From Oikopleura dioica (Eukaryota > Animalia > Chordata): a stretch of 64,000 nucleotides of DNA. Below the pieces are notes generated by a model that was not told the DNA's origin, searched no databases, and saw nothing but the letters and a program-made list of their open reading frames with translations. Position numbers and translations under genes: made by a program. The stretch spans positions 7,812,001-7,876,000 of the forward strand of contig OU015566.1 of NCBI GenBank assembly GCA_907165135.1. Reading direction: 5' to 3'. Of the stretch, positions 49,348 to 60,048 are shown one piece after another; position 1 is the first letter of the stretch; each line of letters opens with the position of its first letter.

Positions 49348-50874
49348 CACATGCCGCGACCTAATGAACCTAAATCTGGGCCATGGCGCGAGAAAATTAG
49401 GCTAATGAGGAAACTTTTGGATATTCGATGGGAAGGGCTCCGTGGAATGCATCGGGCTGGAATTACACATGTTCTCATGCCGATTTGCCCAATCTACGAG
49501 ACAAAGAAGATTTCAGTTAAGAAAATCGCCATGCAAATAGCAACACCTTCCTTCAAGTGTCGGTTCTGGCTCCCCTTGAATCCATAATTAGCACCCTGCC
49601 CACGTGACCCTTCTCGAGAAAATCTCAAAGGCAGATTTCAACCCTCAGGTGCCCATTTTGCGCCTCCTTGAAAATCTTGAGTCAACAAGATCCCTTCGAA
49701 ATGCGCCTTTGAAGGGCCTTTACTCTTAGAAAAATAAACCCACTGACCATTGCGAGGCAATTTTCAATTTCGATCAAGAAGAAAGAGAATGAGCCGAACG
49801 AGTTGGTAAATTTGAATTGGGACTGTCATTGGGTTGTTAAAATATTTGGCTTTATTGTGGGGCGAAGAATGGGCTTGTTTTATATATTTGTAGGTCAATT
49901 GTTGTTGGTGTTTGATTTTTATCTTGCTGAAAATGCTTTTGAATGGCGATGAATTAAAATACTGTAATTCGAGGACGATGTGCATCTTAATCCTATTTTC
50001 ATTTCCCCAGGCCGACCGGAAATCGCTCCTCTGTTCGCCGATGTTCCGCCTTTCCGGCTCATTATTTCCAATTCCCCATCCCCTCTCCGGTTACTCAGAA
50101 GGCGGAAAGTTTCAAACCAACCGACAAGTGAGCAGACAAAGGGTTGACGCTTCCGTACCTTTCAAAAATAACCACCGAACATTCGAATCAATTAAAAAGA
50201 GAGGCCTTTGTCCGATTGTCTGGGCAGAACTGATCGCGTTCCGCGAGTTTGAAAATCAATTCGAAGACAATGACACAACATGAGCACGAAAAATGCCAGC
50301 TGTCAGATTTGTCATTGTTACTTGAAATCAAAGACGACGCATCCATGTCGAAATTAAAAGTTTCTGTGTATTGAAAACTGCGCCAAATTTTGCGCCCGCT
50401 TTTTCAATTTATTTTTATAGGGGCTGTAAATTACGGTTAGTTTCGCTGCAACAGGTGCAGCCTTGCTCGATGGAAAATGCCGTGCGTCAACGATGTGGAA
50501 AAATTAATCTAACGAAGATAATCACGTTCCTAGAGCTACTCAAGAGCTCGATCATAAATCCGCTTGGTCTTAATTAATCGCATTTGGGGCTCGCGAGGCA
50601 AATATTCTCTCATGCTCCTGGAAGACGAGCTTCGTAAAATATTTGACATACCCTCGGACAAAGAAATAAACACCATGCTATCAGATAGATAGCATATCAA
50701 TCTTACCAATGTATCAAGGATAGGTAAGGTGTTGGGAGCAATTATTTTTGTATATCTTTATTATCAATCAGCAGAACTACGATTATCAGTGAATTAAAAT
50801 AAATTAAAAAATCATAGAATCAGTCGAACATAAAATGCTCTCCCGGAAAACACGGAACAATATCATGTCATTAA

Positions 50875-51631
50875 GGGTAATCCTATACATCAGCGCGGCG
50901 CTGCTCGGTCGATCCGCGCTCCGCCAGAACCTATTTCTCACAAGGCCATAAAATCTGAACGGAGTGAGATTTTTTCAAAATTCAAAAAGATTCTGAATGC
51001 TGAAAGTTTCTTCTATTACTCTAGCAAAAATGAAAGAAATCGGCAACCAGGAACCATCTGAAAACTGCCGGTTTCCTCCAACAGATATTTCCGCCACATT
51101 TCTTATCCAAATTCCACGAAAATCAGATGGTCTTGTAGAGGATCGTCTGTTCTACAATTCCTGTCTTTTAGATTTTCTTTTTGCGCTCTCAAAAATTCTC
51201 TATGATAGTTTGAAGAGAGCGCTATTCTTCTCTGCGCGAGCGCGCCGTGAGAAATAGGAAGCAAAGAGGCGCGAGGAAGAATAACGCTCTTTTCAAATGA
51301 CCATATATAGTTTTCGAGAGCGTAAAAAGAAAATCTAAGACAGAGGAATTGTAGAACAGACGATCCTCTACAAGACCATCTGATTTTTGTGAAATTTGAA
51401 TGAGAAATGTGGCGGAAAATGTCTTATGAAGGAAACCGGCGGTTTTCAGATGGTTCCTCGTTGCCGATTTGTTTCATTTTTGTTAGAGGAACAGAAGAGA
51501 AGTTATGGGTAGAGAATCTTTTTGAATTTTGAAAATATCTCATTCCGTTCGGATTTTATGGCCTAGTGAAAATAGGTTCTGGCGGAGCGCGGATCGAGCG
51601 AGCAGCGCTGCGCCGATGTATAGGATTACCC
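50875..51631. mobile_element. Fold-back MITE (757 bp) flanked by TTAA, with GG..CC termini (Kolobok-like; a TA-target reading is also possible)
   Basis: TTAA|GGGTAATCCTATACATC ... GATGTATAGGATTACCC|TTAA; imperfect inverted arms over ~360 bp. Confidence 0.85.
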
Positions 51632-51653
51632 TTAAGAAAAGAAATTTCCACAT

Positions 51654-54600
51654 TTACTGTTCGATGAATTCCTTCACATGCTCGGCTGTCACTTCAGGAT
51701 CATTGACGTAGAAGTGATGGTTTCCTCCAAAAGGCCAAGTGATTTCCATCCTTTGCAGCGACTTTCCTACAAAAATTTTAATCCTCAGTCGAATAGACGG
51801 TGATTATTTCAACTTACGTAAAAACTCCTTTGCCGCTCTTCCCGTATTACTTTTGTAGACATCCATGTCGATTCCTTTTAAGCCTTCGCGAGTTTGAAGA
51901 AGTGCTTGAACTTTCACATCAGATTCGACAATGGTATTGTACAAATCCTTCATTTGATCTTGACGGGGTTTATAAAAAAATTATCCTTTTCCACATGTGT
52001 GAGCACATCTTACCAACAGAATTAGGGCTATTTTTGAAGAGTGGACTTGCCTCTTATTCATGCATATAAATATCACTCAATTATACCAATCTTCTGATTA
52101 GATAAATTTGAAAGACGTCAATAGTTGAGAACACACCTGAAAATTCCCATCTTATCCATCCATCAGATGATATAACAAAGATTATTTTTATTTGCGAAAC
52201 CCCGGTCCTACGCTCATGACTCCAGGAGTAGCTAACGCTAAGGCGCGGTTCAAATTTAATTGCCTCAACTTGCTTTTGATGTAGCTCTGCCAATTTACAT
52301 ATTTACCCTTTATAACCATATATTTTTAGAATCCTTATGAGAAGATCTAGTGCTTTAATATCTTCGATTTTCGAATTTCCGATTTATATCGGATTTTTAT
52401 CGGTTTCCCGCATTTCCAACGAGTAATACCCAAACAATTATATATTTTCAGAATCCTCTCGACGTGAACTTTTCTCTTATCGAGTTATTTTTCCGGATTA
52501 ACGGTTTTGTCGGTCATTTATCGGTTTTTTACCGGCATTCAAGCTAGATAGTGACTATTATACCTTTTCTGAAAGCACTCATTCAGAACTATTACTTCTT
52601 CATACTTTCAATCTTCAAATCAAAATATTATCGCTTCTTTATCGCTCCGAACCGCGAGAGTCGATTTTTCGACCAAAAAGGATGAAGAGTCACCAAAAGT
52701 TTCTCCCTGTGAAATGAATCATATTTGACCAACTAGAGAATGAAATCGAGCCGAGATCATTTCAAAAAAAAGAGAGAAGCAGAGATCAAAAGAGATAGAG
52801 AGAGAAAGCGCTAGAATCCCTCGCACCAACTGATCCCCGCCACTTTTCAAAAGCGCGTTTTTTCTTTTCTTTCATTATGATCGAGAGACTGTCACTAAAA
52901 AAGAAGAAAGCAGCGAAAAAGAAGATCGAAACGGACATGAATTGAAAAAACTAGAATTGGAAAATGAAATGCTCAAAATGGAAATTGCCAGACGCGTTTC
53001 TCACGCTAAAAATAGTTTCGTGAAAGTATTTCGATGGGCCTGTTGTCGTTTTTTGTCGGTTTTTTTGTGGGGAAAATTGGTTTCAAAGAATTTACAAACA
53101 GTAGTCATGTAAATAACGATTCTAGAGCCAAAAAGAAGCAAAGATCATCAAACCATCAATGGAGAAGAATCTTTCGATGATTTTGGATTCCATTTTTTCA
53201 GTCGATTTACGTAAACTGGACAGTAAAGAAGCGACTTTTGTTCGTCAAATGAGAGGTAAAATCGAAAAGTTGCTACAACCGATAACAAAAACAAAAGCCA
53301 TTGCCACCGGACATTCTGAAACTCTCCCATGGATAGTTCGAGACATCGAATACGATATCATATCAAAGGAAGACATGAAATATTCTGATATGAGCGACTT
53401 CTGGATGAAACATCCAAAGTATAAAGAACTTGACAGATGCCTTGGGGACACACGACCATCTTCATACAGCTCTACAACCACAGATGATGCCCTCAAAACA
53501 AGTTTATGCCAGTTTTTCGAAGAGAATTCCGATTTGGACACACGAGTTCGAAGCGAAGTTCAAGTTCTTGGTCAAATAAAACGTAAACGATATCTGCGAA
53601 AGCCATTTTGGATATTGTTGAAGCAATATAAAGCAGAAAAAGGGCCGGAATGCTGTCTTAACACCCTTCGGAAAATATATAAAAGCATTTTTCCAGCTGG
53701 CTATCTCTTCCTGATGATAATTCTATTCTCCGATGCGTCTGCCCGAGTCACCTTCAAGTGGAACTCTTCTGCAAGGCTATAAATCGAGTTTCTATGCGAC
53801 CTGCAATATCCGAAGAACAATTATTGGGCACGACAGTATGCGAAAACGGCGGACATGCAGTCAGATGCTTGGAAAATGCTTGCTCAACATGTGATGACAG
53901 CGAAGATGGATATGCTCTTGCTCGAGCACGCCTAGAGCTGCTCATGGAACTTGTACCAGACGATGCAGATGTTACCTATGCCCAGCTATGTGAAATCGAA
54001 AAAGTCGACGCCAACAATAACAGATACAAGCGAGAGCAAATTCTCATGCAATGTGCACCAAAGGTGGAGTTCCTTGATTTGCTGACCGACTACCTTCTGA
54101 GAGGATGCATGTCTTCTGGTGCCCAAAAGAAACTGCTGAACCACTACAAACTCAACGAAGAGTACAACTTCAGCAGGAGTCTTCTAGACATCTGCACCTA
54201 CGATAACGATGCCCTAATGATCACGACGGATTACGGTAGGAGTTGCGATCATCAGATAAAGTCCTTACCATCCATCAGAATCAACTTTTCTAGAGGATTC
54301 GAAGGCTCTAGAATATCTTACAGGAAGATTCACAGGCCTAGTCAGACCTATTCCTGATGATCTGGAGGCTCTAGAATGCCTTATAGGAAGATTCACAGGG
54401 CTAGTCAGAACTATTCCTGATGATCTGGAGGCTCTAGAATGTCTTATAGGAAGATTCACAGGGCTAGTCAGAACTATTCCTGATGATCTGGAGGCTCTAG
54501 AATGCCTTATAGGAAGATTCACAGGGCTAGTCAGAACTATTCCTGATGATCTGGAGGCTCTAGAATGTCTTATAGGAAGATTCACAGGGCTAGTCAGAAC

Positions 54601-57600
54601 TATTCCTGATGATCTGGAGGCTCTAGAATGCCTTATAGGAAGATTCACAGGGCTAGTCAGAACTATTCCTGATGATCTGGAGGCTCTAGAATGTCTTATA
54701 GGAAGATTCACAGGGCTAGTCAGAACTATTCCTGATGATCTGGAGGCTCTAGAATATCTTACAGGAAGATTTTGAAGGGTAGTCAGACCTATATAAGACA
54801 TTCTAGAGCCTCCAGATCAACAGGAATATTTCTGACTAGCCCTGTGAATCTTCCTATAAGACATTCTAGAGCCTCCAGATCGTCAGGAATAGTTCTGACT
54901 AGGCCTGTGAATCTTCCTATAAGACATTCTAGAGCCTCCAGATCATCAGAAATAGTTCTGACTAGGCCTGTGAATCTTCCTATAAGACATTATAGAGCCT
55001 CTTGATCATCTGGATTACTTCTGACTAGCCCTGTGAATCTTCCTATATACTTCTGATACTGACGTTATATTATAGCGATGGGTGTCAGTGCCAGAGAAAT
55101 ACAGGAAACGCAAACTATGCATTTCCGGAAGGATGTGTTCCCGCTACTCTCGGATATTAGCTATGGAAAGTGCCCAGACGGAAAGCCTCGGAAGATCTAC
55201 ACACATCTCCTTGCAGAAGTCAGAACTCCGAAGGATCCACAGTTCTCCCTTGCCGGAATCAGAATGTCCTTGGAGAAAGCGTATCAGTTGTATGGCCCCA
55301 AGAAGAACCTCTTTGTACAAAGTGACGGGGCGGAAAGCCAGTTTTGGAGTGCCGAAATGTATTACACCCTTCCCAAGTTCTTCAACAGCCTCGATGAACG
55401 GTTCAACTTCCAGACAATCATCTGGTACAAGACAGTGTCAGGGCACGGAAAAGGTAAGCAAGTCCCTATTTAACATTCTTTTGATTTCGTAGGTGAAATC
55501 GACTCGAGTCATGGCTGCGTGAAGAGAGATCTCACCAACCTCTACAACAATCTTGGCCGTAACGACCTGAATGGGGATGGTCTTGACGTTATTGGTTTGG
55601 TTGACAGCGCTGCTGGACTCGTCGACTACTTGAACAAGGATATGAAATGCCATTTTGGCGACCTTCATAGTGATAAAGATGATAGCCGAGGATACTTTCT
55701 GAGTGGAAGGTATATTTCCGAGTTCCAGCGTGACCCAGACCTTCAAATTGCCGGAAAAACTGTCAACGGCAGTCGATCGGAATGGTTTCATATTATTCAT
55801 TCATCAAAATATCCATAAAAAGTGTAAATTAACCTAAAAAGTATCATATGCTTCGCCTTTGCAAAGACGAAAACGGAAAATGGGAAGAAACAAGGTTACA
55901 ATTCAAAAAACGACCGACCGCCACATTTTGTGAGAGAACTCTCACGAGACAAGAAGAAAAAAACAACATTTGCCCAGACGAAAACTGCCACCTACCATCG
56001 AGCCTCCATTGGATTGACGTTATTCTTAAATTATAATTCTGAAAGTTTCAATAATATTTTCTTCAATAACTATTGCCATCAAAATAAAGGACAAACTGAT
56101 AATTAAGCTCATATTTATAACATTCAGATGATGTAAGATGGTCTTTGAGCAGGGCCATGACCTGCGGAAGCGCCGCTCGCTGAGCAAACGCTTGAGCGTT
56201 CGAGCGCATAAGGTAATATGGCTTTTTCATTATATTTATACTTATAAACCGACTTTTCATACAAAAAAACCGACTAAAACCGACAATAAACGGACATTTC
56301 TACTCACTACACTTTCAGTGGAAAGGACTTGAAATGGGCTTTCAGAAAATGTATCATACCCCTTATCTATCTTGAATATTTATGAAAAACCGATAAATGA
56401 CCGGTAAAACCAGTAAACCGACGTAAAAAGATGACCAGTGGAAAATTGACATCGAGAGGATTCTAAAAATATAAAATTGTCCAAGCGTTACTTGTACGAA
56501 ATGGGAAAAACCGATAAAAATCCGATATAAACCGGAAATTCAAGAATCGGACATATTAAAGCACTAGATCATCACATGAGGATTCTAAAAATATATGGTT
56601 ATATGGGGTTAGTATGTAAACTAGCGAAGCTACATGAAAAGTAAGTTGAGGCAATTAAATTTGAACTCCACCTAAGCGCCTATCTCGGTTGAGCTGAAAC
56701 TTTCCATTCTCAAGTTTCCTCGCTGCTCTTTCAAGCCACAGTTCTTTGGCGGTGTCACTCAGACCTGATCCGAGTCGTTCCATACCAATATCGAGCCTTC
56801 GAAAGAGCTCCTCCTGAAAAAAATCCGTTCCAGACATAACGCATTCCAGAATGACCAACCTTGGTGTTTTGATATTCTTCTTTTTCTCTGTAGTTTACAT
56901 TTTCCAAAAAGGCCTTCTTCGTATGGCCCTTGAAATCGTCCCTGATCAAGGGCATTCCTGCCGAATCGAGCAAGATCAAACGCTCCACTTTCTCCGGGAA
57001 GAGTGCCGTGTACATTCCGGAAACGCCACCGCCAAGAGAATGCCCAATCAAGTTCACTTTCGAGACATCAAGGGATTCAACAATGTGGCTCAGGGCAAGA
57101 GGGTAGATGTTGAATTGATACATCGAGCCATCAGGTAGACGATCTGGAATATTTTTTGAATGATCAAAGTTCAATTTTGGAGAGAAACGACTTGAAAGTC
57201 GAGAAGACTTGTGAGGGAGTGGGCCCGAGGATGCAAATACTCGTCGTTTAGTCGAGTATTTACCCATTTCAAAAACTTGTTGATATGTCAAAAAAGTAAA
57301 TTTATGGGCCATCAATGCTCAGCAAATATTTTTAGCCCAATTTGTTTTTGAACAACTTACCGGATAGGCCGTGCCCAACAAGGTCCAAAGCGATGTAGTG
57401 GTTTTCCTAAAAGTTGGATTTTCATCCTTCTTGAAGCATTATTTTCTACCTGAGGTAGTTTACTGAGAAGAGGCTTGAAGAGGCCGCAATTATCTTGCCA
57501 GCCGTGGAGGCAGACGTAAACGTTTTTCGAATTCGGGTTTCCGATAGACAATCCGCGGATTTTACCCCACGGGAGTTTGTAAGCGACTTGACGAAATTGC

Positions 57601-57608
57601 CCAGACAT
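51654..57608 (-). CDS. SERHL: Serine hydrolase-like alpha/beta hydrolase, split by a 4.4-kb transposon predicted to be spliced out
   Basis: LPWGKIRG, CLHGWQDNCG, IALDLVGHGLS, nucleophile elbow GHSLGG, LILLDS; C-terminal GGNHHFYVNDPEVTAEHVKEFIEQ* at about 51770-51654. Confidence 0.85.
53159..56036 (+). CDS. Intron-containing transposase-like protein (Sola-like motif spacing)
   Basis: CxCxxH and CxxC Cys motifs; spliced TDY|AMG...QETQTMHF; VQSDGAESQF; WYKTVSGHGK|GEIDSSHGCVKR; introns near 54237-55075 and 55454-55492; frameshift or tiny intron near 53696. Confidence 0.75.
54290..55045. repeat. 63-bp minisatellite: ~8 copies forward then ~4 inverted, inside the transposase intron
   Basis: TCTGGAGGCTCTAGAAT recurs at 54361, 54424, 54487 etc.; reverse complement at about 54803, 54866, 54929, 54992; alternating GCC/GTC variants. 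Confidence 0.97.
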
Positions 57609-57833
57609 GATTTACGTTTTCCTCTGAAATGCCGAAAAATAGACAAATGATAGGTCAAATATGCTGTGTAGCTGCTTCTTTATGGCACCAGTTTCCATAT
57701 GTTTAAAAAAGAAAAAAGAGAATCCTCAATCATTTTACTTTTATAAATATTTTTAGATAATCGTTGTTTTTGCAGTAGTGATAAAATTTCAAGCAAAAGG
57801 GACAATGGAAGAAATCGAAAAGGATGGTAAAAA

Positions 57834-59604
57834 TCAGAGGTTTGTGGTAGCAGGGTTTTCGCGGATTTTTAACAAAGCGTCTTCCTTGGTCTTGTGCTCG
57901 AAAAGTTTGCTCGTTGGCTAAGACAAGGGTTTAAATTGAACAAAAGAAGAGGGTACCTTCAGATCAAGATCAACGATTTCCATTTTGAAGTGAATGTCAC
58001 CATCTTTCTTGGGAATAAATACGATCATAAGACTACAATCTTTGATAGTTTTGGAGATCAGATGTCGTCGAACAATGTCAACATCCGATAAGTCAGTTTG
58101 CTTCTTTGCCGAGGCTAGCCAATTGTGTGAAGGGTTTTCCAAATCTTCCACTTGCTTTGGGCTTAGTCTTTTGAAACTTTCTAGGGAAGGGTAAGAAAGA
58201 GAAGAGAGAGAATGGGTTTACCGAGAACTTCATTGGCACTGTGTGAGCTTGTCCTTTGAAGTGCAGCTAGAGCGCGTAATGGGCCGTTCTGATAACATGA
58301 AAGAGAACTTTCGGAATTTTTGAAATTTTCATTTTTGAATGTTGACGAGAAACAATGCTCGTCGTTTTCACTTGAGAAGATTTTGGTCAAGAAATTTTGG
58401 GTTTTTCACTAACCTGGCGCCGAGCACATTGCACAGATCGAAAATAACCTTGTCGAGGGCATCTGGAAAGCCGCATAATTTCTCGATTAATTGGGGGAAA
58501 CGTTTTGCGCAAGATGCGCCAACGTGTTCCAAAGTTTCCATCGAGTAAATCAGCTCTCCGTCACAGAAAAATCGCAGATTGTTTTGAGGGTTTTCGAGGA
58601 GCTACGATAAATTAATCAATTCAAAATTATATAATGCTCGAGGTAGATTACATCTATGAAATAAAAAGAGTTTATTTTTATATTTTATGGCCCAAAATTA
58701 TAAGATTCAATTACACGCATCTGTGGGTTTAATGAAGCAATTAATAAGATCCCTAATCGTACTCAAATTGTCATACTTACTGAAATCATATCATATGATT
58801 TTCATGACAGCACATGATACCAATTATACCCTTATGTAATCAGATGATTGCCTTACATAATAAATCAATTAGGAAGACTTACATGAGCGAAGGCGAAACG
58901 TTTGCGATTAAGATCAGAAGAAAAAAGGTCGACGGGGCAGTAGGCTGATCGGGAATCATATTTGCCGCGGCGGATCTTTTCGAGTTGCATGAGGCAGAAC
59001 TGGCAGGATCGGCGATTTGGTTGAACAAAAGAACACTATTTCAGAAATATAGTTGAGTTAAAATCTTGAATAACCTTGGGCTTGAGCTCTATGGCGATAT
59101 TGGAAACAAAAGGAATATTTTGACAGAAATCATCTTGTAGTACAGCGAATCTCGCTCCTGGAGGGATCACCTTATCTTTCCTAGTTCAAAATTTATGCTG
59201 ATTTTCTTAAAATGCGAGCCTTACCGAGCGGGTGGGCGATCATTGGAAATTCTTTTTGATAAGCGATTACAGAAATCTGCGGGGAGACATACCAAGCTTC
59301 CAGAATCCGCCTGAAGTCCGAATTCTGCAAGCAGAGGGCTCTTAGGAAGTGATAATAGGAATCAGTTTGATGGATTTCTTACGACAACTAATTTTTCAAA
59401 GCGTAGTCTTCGTTCAATCTCTCGCTTGTCCTCTTCTAGCGTCCGTTCCAGGCCAATAGGCGCTTTGATAAAACGAAGGACTTTACGAAGGGATTGGTTG
59501 AAGACAACGAGGTGTTTTCCGCCCTCTGCTCGATATGCCTGTAAAGGTCAGTAAAAAAAGGAAATTGAAAGAGTTCTTACCCAGTCTTTTGGGTCCCAGT
59601 GCAT
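57834..59604 (-). CDS. IPPK: Inositol-pentakisphosphate 2-kinase, multi-exon
   Basis: N-terminal DW|AYRAEGGKHLVV...KVLRFIK; SKTIKDCSLMI; EIVDLDLK|P. Confidence 0.8.
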
Positions 59605-60048
59605 AACAGTTATTTGTTCATCATTATTGTTAACTCATAAGATACGAATTTTCTCGCCCAAATTTCACTGAAAAATTAAAAACCGTCAAGAATTATTGCT
59701 TCAGTTTTTTAGCTTGGAGACAATCATGAGCACTAGAAAGCCAATAATTCTTCATAAAAGAGCCAAAATCACGCTTTGGTCCGAGAGATTCGAATATCTA
59801 CTTCTGTCAGCGGCCTTGAATTGTCAAAGCCTCTCTTTTTAGAAAATAATCAGTGGATTTCTAACGTGCCAGTATTGCATTACAGGGAGAATAGGGATAA
59901 AAAGTGACAGTTGTAAATAAGGGTTTTAAAGATTCAGAGGAAGCTAAGAATAGCTCCGGGGATCATTTGACAACGTGAGAGGAAGCTATAAAAGTAAAAT
60001 CCTCGATGTACTGTAGATATTCTGTGAGATATTGGCCGGCACTTGAGC

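Larger units (their letters stand above)
52243..56671 (+). mobile_element. 4.4-kb class II transposon with ~290-bp imperfect TIRs and a transposase-like gene
   Basis: Ends GCGCGGTTCAAATTTAATTGCCTCAACT / AGTTGAGGCAATTAAATTTGAACTCCAC; flanking direct repeat CTAAG at 52238-52242 and 56672-56676 (alternatively a TAA TSD with GG termini); subterminal TTTATCGGTTTT repeats. Confidence 0.92.

Noticed and set aside
54265-55005. ORFs with a 21-aa repeat (HSRASRSSGIVLTSPVNLPIR), and a possible CRISPR-like array
   Set aside because: By-product of a stop-free 63-bp tandem repeat; the units are contiguous with no unique spacers and lie in an intron.
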